From the NCBI RefSeq assembly GCF_018350175.1, contig NC_058368.1, forward strand, positions 234,362,001 through 234,426,000: 64,000 nucleotides of DNA, written 5' to 3'. Below are positions 12,520-24,215 of this stretch, in pieces (within the stretch, counting starts at the first letter, position 1; the number at the start of each line of letters is the position of its first letter). The translations under genes were made by a program, and so were the position numbers. Under the pieces are notes generated by a model. It was given only the letters and a program-made list of their open reading frames with translations, did not search any database and was not told the origin of the DNA. Source of the DNA: Felis catus. Its lineage: Eukaryota.

Positions 12520-14200
12520 AAGAAAGGTTGCACTCGTCTTTCTCATTCTCTTCCCCCCCGTTTATACTGACGATTCCCTCTTACCATGGACACAACATTA
12601 TGCCGAACTTCACAGTCGAACGGTTGGCTAGATACGTGGAATTCTGCCTGTATCGAGCACATTCGGTCAGCCTTGGTGCGTCTCCTCATTACCGCACACA
12701 GATTGGCGTTCCTTGTACGCCTGTGTCTCAGATGTGACGCGTGAGTCGAGGACCACTGTATTTCGTGGTAGCTCTATCACAAAACAAAATGTTGCCCTCT
12801 GGCCTACCGTCAGTACCACCTGGAATCTCCCAGGCCACAATCAGGTCTCTTCATACCCTCAAACCCTTAAGGTTCTGACTGGCTTCACTTGTCCACAAAT
12901 GAATGGGCACAAGAGGGTGCCTAAATTACAGACCCCAACTAATCGGTATACACAGGAAGGCATGTATCAAATCTGGGACAAATGCATATGGCTCACCCCC
13001 ACAACTGGACAGTTAAGGCAAAAAGCAATTCTATGCTGGGAACAGAGAAACCATACTTACGATACATGGGCAAACAGCACACGACGGTTAAGAACTATGT
13101 TCATAAATTATTATTCTTCAGGCCACTGATGGGTTTGCTACTGACTGGAGAAGGAGGCCCAGAATTAGGTGGCTGGTTCCTAATAGAACCCAATGGCTGT
13201 GCAGCTCTAAGCTATGGGCATGGCTTCTTCCAGGCTGCAGAGGTCACTGCACTCTGGGTTTTGTCTGAAAAAATGGACACGCTGTTAAAACCATTCCAAC
13301 CCAGCCAACCTTCCAAGTTCAAAACAACCGTGGCCATGTTCTACGTTTCATTGGTATGACCACCTAACATGCATCTTTGATCCCTATTTAGGACTAGAAG
13401 ATGTCATTTGGCACATGGAAATCCTTAGTAAGTGCACAGTCAGAGCCCTACATGACTCCCAACATAGCATGACCCTATTAGATACTGAAGTCACACACCT
13501 GCATAAAGAACTTCTATAAAACAGAACGGCACTGGAGGTTCTGACAGGAGCACAAGGAGGTATTTGCACCATTTATTTAAATTTTTTTTAAAGTTTTATT
13601 TATTTTTGAGACAGAGCATGAACAGGGGAGGGGCAGAGAGAGACGGAGACACAGAATCGGAAGCAGGCTCCAGGCTCCGAGCCATCAGCCCAGAGCCCGA
13701 CGCGGGGCTTGAACTCACGGACCACGAGATCGTGACCTGAGCTGAAGTCGGACACCCAACCGACTGAGCCACCCAGGCGCCCCTGCACCATTTATTAAAA
13801 TGGAATGTTGTGTATATATTCCAGATGATCGCAAAAATGTAACAGCGTGGCAAAAAAATATATGAATACTCAAATTGGTGCTTGAAATGATCCCTTCCTC
13901 TTCTTAAAAAATTAAACTCCTGGACTGGAGGGGGATTGTGATCATCAAAGATTTCTTATTCGGGCTTCTTTTTCTCAAAATGATTTTAATCACGTTTTGA
14001 TCTTTTTTTCCAATGTCTCTCTCACTGCCGTGACTTGAAGCCGACAGATGATCCTTTCTACTCATACATGTTGTCCACCTTGGATTCAGCAGCCCCTGCC
14101 TTTCGAAATTCCTACATACTGACCAATGTTGGCCTCTAGGAAGGGATGTCTCTACACCCCTCGTTCAAGACAAAGAAGTTACAGAAGATGAGACCTACCA
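12520..14200 (+). pseudogene. env: ERV env remnant (SU plus gamma-type TM)
   Basis: Hydrophobic leader LVFLILFPP, SU YQIWDKCIWLTPTTG and PNRTQWLC..WAWLLPGCRGHCTLG. TM immunosuppressive-like L*NRTALEVLTGAQGGIC and CX6CC (ECCVYIPD) are split by a SINE. Confidence 0.88.
13577..13783 (-). mobile_element. Can-SINE within ERV env TM
   Basis: TSD TGCACCATTTATT. Confidence 0.95.
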
Positions 14201-14249
14201 CCCTCGGCAACCTGAAAGATTGAAGAGTCAAAAATGTTCAGGAGGGGAA

Positions 14250-14640
14250 TGCGGAGGAGAACAAAAGCAAGGGAAATGTAACCAAAAAAAAATCATCTTA
14301 CACGTGGCTCACTGATGCACGTCTGAGACAGATAGAACATGGCATCCGTAGGCGGTCTCATGAGTAATGTTTTACTAGATAATAAAGGGTAACCTTATCT
14401 TGATGATAGCCAGCCCTCTAAGGTCCTGTAAACCTCACTTTCAGCAGACACAAATTCCTTAGAGACATGCTACCCCTGACCCCCACCGACTAAAAAGCAT
14501 AGAATCAGCCAGTCCCGTGATTCCAGAACAGCTCTTCCTGCTCAGGGTCCCGTCCCCGTGCTGTAATAAAGACAGCCTTTTTTTGCACCAAAAACGTCTC
14601 AAGAATTCTTTCTGGACCGTTTGCTCACCGACCCCACATG
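14250..14640 (+). repeat. ERV 3' LTR, preceded by a polypurine tract
   Basis: PPT AGGAGGGGAA at 14240-14249, then TGCGGAGGAGAAC. AATAAA present. About 12% divergent from the 5' LTR by manual alignment. Confidence 0.9.
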
Positions 14641-15913
14641 GATTAACATCTCTGTGCCCTGTCTGTGTGGCGGCCACACAGGCATCCGTGCTGTTCCTCT
14701 TGGTGAGTCCCCGAGTTTCATTCACGTATAAATTAAACTTCTGAGCACACATTCGTTTCTGCACCCACTTTCCCCTCCAAGAATGCCACCAAATAGGGGC
14801 CGCTGTGGCGAGAGGGCCTTCAATAAAGAACTGTGGTGTATTAATGACTCATTAACTCCCCCTCAAGCGGAAAGGCTCACACCGTAAATGTACACTCGGA
14901 TGTCCCCGTGGGTTTGTCAGTTTGCTGGGTCCTAAACTTGTCTTGATGGATCTTTCAAAGGCATTTGGCTAATTTAGGTGGCCTCCAACCTGCTTCACGC
15001 CCGTACTGGATTTCCAACCTTTTTGGAAAGGCTCACGTTGCTTGTTGGGTTTTTAGTCATTCCCCCCCGCCCCCGCCAGCTTGCTGGGTTTTGAGCTGCC
15101 TTATAGATGGCGTGTAAATGAGTCTAAGTTGTCTTGAAGAGACTTTTATGAGATTTCCCAGAGATAACTTCTGAGAACCCCGATTCAGATGCACGGGAAA
15201 TAGGAGAAGAGTAGGCAGATGGGAGTTTGTGACACTCAGCTCGGACCGTTTATATAATTCATGTCACAGAGAAAAAGTCTGAAGTCTTTCCTAACATGTT
15301 GTATTTCCCCACCATCATTTGGAACCTTAACAAACAGCCTCAGGTTATTTGTTTTTACAAAAGGGCTAAAGGATTTTCAAGACTGCTGGGGGTCACCTCT
15401 TCCAGGAAGCCTTCCCTGACCTTCTCAAAATGTAGGAATGTCCCTCCCCCCTTCCTCCCCTCCCCCCTCACCCCAAGCTCCCATGACCACCCACAGCTAA
15501 CCTATCCCTCCCACAGTCAGCCTAGAGGCCACCCCCTTCTGACTTCTGGGTTTCTGGGTTCCTGGCCTCACATTCCAGGGCCAGCAGATACTCAATGAAT
15601 ATGAAGGTGGGAATAAATCCACTGTGAAAGGAAGGGTAAACATAGGTCGGGGGAGGGGGGTTGAGGGCAGGAACCTGCCAGCCTGGGACCTCCCCAGGGA
15701 TCTGACCCCAAGCACACGGCAGGCGGGAGCCCAGGAAGGCCTGTGTGACTTCATGGCAGCCCTGGGGGCTGTGGGGTGATCCCAGAGCAGCAGGCTGTGT
15801 GCCTTCTGTACTTCCCTCTGCTTGAGGAGACGTGCCTGCCTCCCCAGACAACTTCCAACAGCCGAGGCCGCGACCTGCCCCGCAGCGTTATAAACTCTTA
15901 CAGTGGATCCCTC

Positions 15914-15970
15914 TTTTTTTTTTTAAGTTTATTTATTTGGGAGAGTGAGAGAGAGCAAGGAAGGGACAAA

Positions 15971-16020
<50 letters not shown>

Positions 16021-16146
16021 CCCAAGCAAGCTCTGTGCTGTCAGCATGGAGCCCAGCTCGGGGCTTGATCTCACGAACCATGAGATCATGACCTGAGCTG
16101 AAATCAAGAGTTGGACACTTACTGGACTGTGCCACCCAGGCGCCCC
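15914..16146 (-). mobile_element. Can-SINE with a long (GA)n tract
   Basis: TSD GGATCCCTCTT. Confidence 0.92.
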
Positions 16147-16202
16147 TAGTGGGATCCCTCTTGATTAAAATTTAGGAATAGGCTATGGGCTTGTAAATGT
16201 TA

Positions 16203-16660
16203 CTGGGATGGTTAGCTTTATGTGTTAACCAGGCTAGGCCACGGTGCCCGGTTGTTTGGGCAAACACTAATGCGGGCGTTCTTGTAAAGATATTTTGTAG
16301 GTATTATTAACATTTATAATCAACCAACTTTAAGTCAGAGAGAACAAGTAATACCATGGGTGGGCCTCATCTAATCAGATGGAGACCTTAGAGCAAACAC
16401 TGGAGTCTCTCAGAGAATAAGGAATTCTGCCTCGAGATGCAAACATCAACCTGCCTGCCTGTTGATGCAAACATCAACATCATCTCTAGCCTGCCTTCCT
16501 GCTGGTCTGCCCTACAGATTTTAGACTTGCCAGCTCCACAAAAATGCGAGCTAATTACTTGAAATAGATCCCTCTATTTCTATCTATTGATTGATCAATT
16601 GATCATCCATCCATCCATCCATCCATCCAATTGGTTCCATTTCTCTAGAAAACTCTGATT
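16203..16660 (+). mobile_element. MLT2-type ERVL LTR with a (CCAT)n tract
   Basis: GATGGTTAGCTTTATGTGTTAACCAGGCTAGGCC..GGGTGGGCCTCATCTAATCAG..TGGTTCCATTTCTCTAGAAAACTCTGA. Confidence 0.8.
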
Positions 16661-16694
16661 CATAAGATACATATTAAAAGTGTTTTTGTTTCTG

Positions 16695-16920
16695 TTTTTT
16701 TTTTAATTTTTTTTTTCAACGTTTATTTATTTTTGGGACAGAGAGAGACAGAGCATGAACGGTGGAGGAGCAGAGAGAGAGGGAGACACAGAATTGGAAA
16801 CAGGCTCCAGGCTCTGAGCCATCAGCCCAGAGCCCGACGCGGGGCTCGAACTCACGGACCGCGAGACCGTGACCTGAGCTGAAGTCGGCCGCTTAACCGA
16901 CTGCGCCACCCAGGCGCCCC
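16695..16920 (-). mobile_element. Young Can-SINE inserted at the tail of an older SINE
   Basis: TSD TCTGTTTTTTT. Confidence 0.93.
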
Positions 16921-16924
16921 TCTG

Positions 16925-17060
16925 TTTTTTTTTTTTTAGAGAGATTGAACGTGTGTGTGAGAGAGAGAAAGAATCCCGAGAGAGAGAGAGAGAATGAACT
17001 TTGAGATCGTGATCTGAGCCAAAGTCTGACGTTTAACCAACTGAACCACCCAGGCGCCCC
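16925..17060 (-). mobile_element. Older, internally deleted Can-SINE
   Basis: SINE head and (GA)n tract. Confidence 0.85.
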
Positions 17061-17185
17061 TGAAAAGGTACGTATTTAAACGTAATGTAGGTATTGAAAC
17101 AAGCGTGCCTGTATGTGTGTGATGTTCTGTTAAAGAAGGCACGCGGACCAGAGCTCATGTTCACTGAAGGCTGAATGAATACAGG

Positions 17186-17230
17186 AAGCAGACCTTGAAC
17201 TGGGCTAAGCAGACCTTGAACTGGGCTAAG
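17186..17230. repeat. 21-bp perfect tandem duplication
   Basis: AAGCAGACCTTGAACTGGGCT x2 plus AAG. Confidence 0.95.
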
Positions 17231-18183
17231 AGCCAGTCTCGCCTGCGGTCCCTGTCTTGGGAGCTCAAACGCTGTCTTATTTAATCAGAGGAACTCTGCC
17301 AGGGAAATTCGATTGTTCCCACTTTGCAGATGGGCAAACTGAGGCTTAGAGCAGTTAGGGACATGAAGAATCACACGGTTGGTGAGGGGGGTGCTGGGGG
17401 CCCATCCAGAGCTCCAGATCTTTCTGGAGCACGACGCAGGCCCCCGGGGGGAGGACAGGAGAGTGAGACAGGGATTCTAAGCTGGCCTGGAGGAGAGACC
17501 CTATACCTGGTGGCTGCCCCTCCAGAAGGGTCTTTGTCTCACCATCCTTGCCCACCACGCGGCCTGCTCCAGGACAGGGGTGGCCTGTGGCCATTTGGAG
17601 GGTAGCTGTACATGCGCCCGAGGGAGAAAGACAGGACCTGCATGCAACCAGGCACACAAGCACACACAGCAACTCAAGGGCCACGCAAGCCCATCCCACT
17701 GATCGGGCCTCTCACTATTTTGAAATGAATTAGCTACAATACTTCATCAGGTTAGAAGTATCCCCGGCCCCACTTACCCCCCAATTACCCATATTGAAAA
17801 TCCCGGTTTCTAGATCCCACGCAGTAAATTCAACACGGGCTATACATATTCAAGAAATTCAAAAGCAACTTCTTTCGGAAAACACAGAATCACTTACTCC
17901 CTGAGAACAATCACTGTTTAATTTATTGTGAGTATCCGCTATGCCAGTTTATCTCGTAACAAAATACATCTTCCGCGTACTTTAAAATCCTTCTAGAAAT
18001 GAAGAGTAAATGTAAGATTTCCCTGTAAGGGCAGGTATGAAATAATTCATAGCAGATGGATGCCCCGGGCATATTATCAAGTCCCGAGTGGTTTTTAATA
18101 TTCTCTGTGTGGTTACGGAGGGTCTGTGATGGTCGCTGATTCATCTTACTCATCATTAATTTCGTGGTCTGTCTCCCATAGAT

Positions 18184-18398
18184 CACGGGTCAAAAACTAT
18201 GGCCCTTGACCGCTCTAGCCTTCTGTCTTTATAAGTAAAGTTTTACTGGGACACAGTCATGTCCGTTTGGCCCATATTGTTTCTGGCTGCTTTTGTGTTT
18301 TCACATTAGAGTTGACTCATTGTGACTGAGACGCTATGGCCCGCAAAGCCAAAAATATTTTCCGTCTTGCCGTTCAGATAAAGCTTGCCCAACCCTGC
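18184..18398 (+). mobile_element. MER58A-like hAT MITE
   Basis: GGGTCAAAAACTATGGCCC..AAAGTTTTACTGGGACACAG..TGGCCCGCAAAGCCAAAAATATTT..TTGCCCAACCCTG. Confidence 0.8.
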
Positions 18399-19568
18399 CA
18401 CGGGCGGTCAGAGGGTTTGCCTTTTCCCTCTACTTTATCTTCCTCTTTCATCGTAATGACTCCAAACATCTCTTTTTATTTAATTTTCATAGAAAGCCCT
18501 CACTATTATTCTGAATGACTCATCCTAAGATAGTCTTAATATTATGCATCATATTTTAATATTTAATTAGCACATCTAAAACACAGTGTTCTCAGTTATA
18601 TAAATATTGCTGGGTTTTGACTAGAGAAGAAAATTTACTTAAGGTGTCCGTTCTGGTAGGTTTCTGTGTTCAAAATATAGAGGCACAATGTTCAAGAACA
18701 AGCTGGAGGCAGGCTTCCAAGCATAGCACACACGCCAGACAGCGTATAAAACGCGGGGCAAACAGGAGGGCAAAAGAAAACTGGAGCCCGGCTTCTTTCT
18801 GGTGACTTCTCAATTGGGCTTAAACGAGGAACATTGTACTTAAAATGCACGGGCTGTTTTGTCAGCGGTCTTCTTATACTCCCCGAACAGGCAATATGAT
18901 GGCAAGAATCTGCATTTTATTCCCGGGGGACTTTCATTTTTGGTCATGATGAATAGAAACGTGTGCCGCATGAACATTTGTACTTTTCCTGAATGGTTCC
19001 CCTCGGGTGGGAGTGGGGGTTGTTTTCCGTTGCTTTATATCAATTTAAGGTATCGATTTGTTCTTTTCAAAAAATTGAAACAAGATAAAAAAAAGTTGCT
19101 TAGGTATTTTCTTTTGTGCCTAAAAGCGTCTGTCTTAGTGACCACTGACAAATGAAAACACCATCTGACCTTTGAAATAAAATCCTCGCAGCCGGAGATC
19201 TGGTGGTAGGAACCCACCGGAATGTTGCAAAGGTGGTGGGACTGCCGAGCGGGAGCTGGCAGGGCTGTGCACCTGCTGCCTCCGCCCTCCAGCCCGCAGA
19301 CTCTCCAGTCCCCCGGCACTGCTCCCCCGGGGCTGGGTGCTCCAGGAGGGCTCTACGCAGGACACGAAGGCCCTGAGATCCGTCACCGGATGGAAGCTTC
19401 CGAGATTCGTTCTCCCCGACTTCTGCGACACCTTGTGCCCTCCCGGCCCTGTCCGCAGTCTACTCCCCAGTAATGGATGTGCTGCAGCTGGCGTGGGGGC
19501 CCGGATGCTGTGGAGCTCTCCCCGCTGTCTCGGCACCTGTCTGTGCTGGCCTCCTGACCCCTCCCCAT

Positions 19569-19597
<29 letters not shown>
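19569..19597. repeat. (CA)n microsatellite
   Basis: About 14 CA units. Confidence 0.95.
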
Positions 19598-19601
<4 letters not shown>

Positions 19602-19628
19602 TGTTCACATATGTGGACACACACATAT

Positions 19629-20260
19629 GGGGTCAACCCTCATTACTCATGGATTCCATATCCATGAATTCACCTACTTGCTAACGTTGATAGTCCCTCC
19701 CCGCCAACCACCTGCAGCACTGCCGCGGCCATTCACGGACATGCATAGAGCGAGGATAAAAAGAATCACCCAACGTGCACGTTTCCTGCCGAGAGAGAAC
19801 AGGGCAGCACTCTGCCTTCTTGGTCTCCCTGCCCCCAACTGCACACTGTAAACAAGAGTCCTTTAGGTGGCGTATGTAGGACCCCGTTTTCCTCACCTTG
19901 GGGCCTTTTGTGGATTTCCCCATGTAAAGTGGCCCCGGCACATGCTGCCGCGCCGTCTAGTGACCCTAAGGGCAAGGGGGCTGTGATGCACCTCACGGAG
20001 GAGATCTGCGCGTCCGATAACCCGGGTGCACGCATATGCTGGTGTACTATTGACAGTGAATCCAACGTGAAATGATCAATTATATGTATCAGGTAAGGCG
20101 TCTTCAATAATTCATTAATTAATCAATGATGAAACAAAATATTGTATTGATTGGTCGGTGAGAATGTCATGACGGGAGGCTCACGGGACGCTAACCCTGC
20201 ACCTTCTCAAGGAGCGGTGGCTCGGGATTTGCCAACTTGACACGTGGGGCAGCTTCGCAG
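19629..20260 (+). mobile_element. MER82-like Tc1/mariner (Tigger) element
   Basis: CCTCATTACTCATGGATTCC..CATTCACGGACATGC..CTCTGCCTTCTTG..CTGTAAACAAG..GGCTGTGATGCACCTCACGGAG follows the recalled MER82 consensus. Confidence 0.75.
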
Positions 20261-21778
20261 GCATAAGGAAAGGGGGTGGCGGGAACCGGCCGTATCTAAT
20301 GTCGCAGAAATACGACGCGCAGCATGGCCTAGGTGTCGTCAGCTGTGGTAGCCGTTCTCCCACGATAACTGAGGCCGCTGCACAGCACCCCTGCTCACCT
20401 GAATCCCCAACCTCAATCCTCAGAGCCCAAAATGAAGAAGCTTACACATGTCTCCTTTTGTCTCGATTTTTTGTTTGTCCCAATTTGTCCCCGAAGTGCA
20501 GGCACCTGTCAGGTCTCCAGCGCTTGTGTAATTGTGTTTTTACAATTTACAAGTGTCTCAAGGACATGGATTTTTGGGCCTGTGCAGTGTTTTTGAAACG
20601 TTTGAATTAGTCACATCTAAAAACTCCAGAGATTTCACATAAAATTCCGAGAGAATCATGCACGTACCTGCTCCTCCCGTCTCCTCGTTACCAGTCTCCC
20701 AATCCTTCGCCTTTTGAGTCTCCGCGCGACCACACAGATCAGCAGTCGTGCGTAAACGAGTGTAGATCTGTCCCGGTCGTTCTCGGTCCAGGCAAAGTGG
20801 ACGAGTGGATGAACTGCTTCACGCCCCGCCTTTCGGGGAGCTCTCCCTCCAGCATGGTCTTCCTGGGACTTTCCTGACTGGAAAGTCAGTTGACATGCTT
20901 CAGTAGACCGCTTCCAGTCGGCTTCTCCGCGTCGTGCAGGACCATCCATAACGCACGCAGGACGGCCTCCCCCGGTCAACTGGAATACAGAGCTCCCCAC
21001 GAGGAAAAGGAGGCAGCATAGCAGGGACAAGTGTCAGACCCTGAACCTCGTGATCATGCAACTCGCTGGGGCCTTCTGTACCTGCTGGAGGCCAGCTGCG
21101 TGGACGCCAACACCCGCCTGATGATGAATGTTGCCACACTCAGCCCAGCCGGCTGGGTCAGGTAGCACCTAGCCCGTAATGGAAAGTTCGGGTTTTGCCG
21201 GTAGAATACCGAATCTTGACCATCTCTCAACCGGAGATAGGCTCTTGTTTTGGCTGGAGACGGCCTCTTTTCCCAACTCACCTCGCCACTTTCCACGTCC
21301 AGGCTTACCCATGTCTCAGCTCCAAGGATAAATCTTGGCTGAACACAAAAAGGACTGCAGAAGCGCCTGTCCAATCTCTGAGACTGAGTCACCCTTGACA
21401 TCTATTTGAGTCAGGACTCATGCCCCATCCACGTTCACGGGCAGCTGGGGTCCAAGTCTGAGGCCTTGACTGAATAACCTGTACGTGGTTTTGATGGCTA
21501 GAGGGTTCCACCTGCCCCTCTGTCCACCTTTGCTATCCTACCGGCCTTCCCACCCCTCCCCCCACCCACCTCTTGCCAGAGGCCTTTTTGACAGAATTCC
21601 TGAATACCTGCTCCGTTGTTCAATCTGATACCATGTCCTGCAATGTGTTTTTTAATTATTTCACTTTGTCATGGGCTTAGATGAACACAGAGAAGTTGCA
21701 AAGTGGTAGAGAGTACCTGCTACACCCTTCATGCAGTCATCACACCGGGAAATCAACACTAAATTGCAGGTCTCGTGA

Positions 21779-21986
21779 CTTTTTTTTTAAAGTTTATTTA
21801 TTTATTTTTAAGAGAGAGAGAGAGAGAGAGGGGGAGAGCATAAGCAGGGGAGAGGTGGGGGGAGGGGAGGGAGAATCCCAAGCAGGCTCTGCACTGACAG
21901 CAACGCTCGATCCCATGACCTTGGGGTCATGACCTGAGCCAAAACCAAGAACCAGACGCTTAACCAACTAAGCCACCCACGTGCCC
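21779..21986 (-). mobile_element. Can-SINE
   Basis: SINE head and tail. Confidence 0.9.
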
Positions 21987-22199
21987 GAGGATCTTGTGAA
22001 ATTTTACCAGAGATGTCCTTTCATTGCCCAGGATTCCACATCAGGTCTAATTTGTTGTGTCCTTAGTCTCTTCCAGCCTGTGACAGATCCTCAGGCTGTC
22101 CTTGTCTTCGGTGACGTCCATCCTGGTCCCCTCCAGTGAACTCACCTCAGCATCTGTCCTCACTGCAGCAGAAAGATGTGCAGAAGCGTTTGTTGTTTC

Positions 22200-22427
22200 T
22201 TTAATTTTTTTTTCTTTTTTAATGTTATTTATTTTTGAGACAGAGAGAGAGAGACAGAGTGTGAGCGGGGGAGGGGCAGAGAAAGAGGGAGACACAGAAC
22301 CCGAAGCAGGCTCCAGGCTCTGAGCTGTCAGCACAGAGCCCGATGTGGGACTCGAACCCACAAACCGCAAGATCACGACCTGAGCCAAAATGGGACGTGT
22401 AACCGACTGGAGCCACCCAGGCACCCC
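22200..22427 (-). mobile_element. Can-SINE
   Basis: SINE head and tail. Confidence 0.92.
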
Positions 22428-23859
22428 TGTTGTTTAAATAGCACAAGCCGACACAGGCTCGCATCATTTCTGCCCATCAGTTCTGGTCAGAACGAATCCT
22501 AGGTCATACCCACAGGCAGGAGAAAGAGCAATGTCATTTACTGGATCCCAGGAGGAAAATGAAGCAGCCTAATCAAGTGCTGGCCAGAATCGTCTCTGCC
22601 GCTGGACCCGTCGAGTCACCAAATTGCTTTCTTCTTCTTCTCACATAATAATACAACTTGCCCCCCTCTGCCCAAGGCGGAGAACGCGGACACCCATCCA
22701 GGATCTCTGAATGGATTCGGCCTCTCGGTGAAAAGCAGGAACAGCCCTGAGGTCCGGTCGCCTGTGACCTGAGAGATCACTGATCTGTCCCTGGCTTCCC
22801 TGATTTCCAATCAGCAGTGATGGATCGGGGCAGGGGACCTGCATGGGGGCCTCCCCCCTTGGAGAGAGGAAGTAGGGGCATCTCTCCCCAGCACTAGCCC
22901 AGAGACGTGCTTCAGTCCTGCAAGACGGGTGTGCCCAAGTTCCTCTGCTCGGGATGCCGGGCCCCCCATGGTCCCGGCCCCCGACTTCACCCTCTGGGGG
23001 GCTCCTCGGTGCTCCTTACTCTCTGCAGGGCCACATGGACTTCAGGTGGTGTCCTCCCCTTGTCCCCTTGTGGCAATACAGCTTTGGGAGCTCGCCTCCT
23101 GCTTACGAGAGGCTGGGGACTCAAAGATTGTTTTTGAGTCCCAAACAATTGAAGGATTTTTTCTTTTTCTTTTGGCCCAGATACACATGGTCTTCTTGGC
23201 GGTGTGATCATCTCAAAAACTTAGTGACTTCTGATCTGTTTGTATCAATACCACAACTCCACGTCCTTTCTTGGGTGTCCTTCTGGAATCGATTCCACTC
23301 CTCTGAATCTGTCCCTCAACACGACGGCAGCCTCTCAGAGGCCCCAGGGCTGAACGGGACATCCACAAGCTTACCCACACCTCTGCTCCGCGTCGCTTCA
23401 TGTAGCTGAGACGGTTCACCGGCACTCAATCAGTTCAAACTATTCTTCCTTCCCATACTTACCATTTGGGGACTAGAAGCAGCTTACCTTTGGCAACCCT
23501 ACACGGCCAAGGATTTCCGGACTCCATCTATTACCTGTCATTTTCTGCTTAAAAACAGCCAGTTACTTCCTGAGCTCATCTCTTTCTGGCATTGCCTCTC
23601 CAAACAGAGCCAACTTCCAGTTGAAAGAGATTTCCTATGTTCCATTTTCCAGTGACTCCTCCCAGGAGCCTACAGTGATGGGTCTGCCTTCCAAGTCCCT
23701 GCGGACAACCGTTTTGCCGTGTTTTGTCAACAGGTACCACAGATGTCCAGCCCTCCAGCTTGCCTAGGTCTTCCTCACCTCTTGCCCAATTGCTAAGAAA
23801 ATGGCCACATCTTTTCGTTTTAGCAGCAACCCCCTGCAAGATACCAGTCTCCATGCTAT

Positions 23860-24215
23860 TAAATAAATCGTGCTAGTTGCTGGAAACAGCCCCCAAATTG
23901 CAGAGGCACAGCAAAATAAATGTGCTTCCTGTCTTCCCCATGTCCTTTGAAGATTTTCCAGTGAGGGCACCTCCTTCGGACGACGTCTCAGTGATCCAGG
24001 CTCTTTCTGTCCTGGGGTGCTGCCATTTCCAAAAAGTGGCCCCGATTTTGCCACAGGAGAAGGAGGGAAAGGATCGGGTGTACGAGGCAGTTCATGGGGC
24101 CGGACGTATCAGACGTCACATCTACCTGCACTCCATCAGTCGGACTTAGTTGTACGGCCCCATCAGGTACACGGGGGCTGGTAAACGTCATCCTCTGGGG
24201 TGCCCAGGAAGGTAA
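23860..24215 (-). mobile_element. Old MLT1-type LTR fragment
   Basis: CAGTGATCCAGGCTCTTTCTGTCC..GGACTTAGTTGTACGGCCCCATC..GTGCCCAGGAAGG resembles old MLT1 subfamilies. Confidence 0.5.

Larger units (their letters stand above)
9560..12520 (+). pseudogene. pol: ERV pro-pol remnant (protease, RT, RNaseH; integrase core missing)
   Basis: Protease FLTDTG near 10025-10041. RT motifs RQYPLKPEA, VLDLKDAF and QFVDD (11135-11149). RNaseH FTDGSS, IYTDSKYA and AVIHLRGH. Only the IN C-terminal LEDLELLFKRQ remains, near 12490. Confidence 0.92.
6728..14640 (+). mobile_element. Decayed class I (ERV1, gamma-like) provirus with two LTRs
   Basis: Two ~380-390 bp direct repeats flank PBS, gag, pro, RT, RNaseH, env and PPT in retroviral order. 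All frames are disrupted. Confidence 0.95.

Noticed and set aside
12520..14200. Domesticated env or syncytin candidate
   Set aside because: Frameshifts, stops (including in the immunosuppressive domain) and a SINE inside CX6CC.
23576..24191. Possible processed pseudogene
   Set aside because: No recognisable protein; the right part resembles an old MLT1 LTR.
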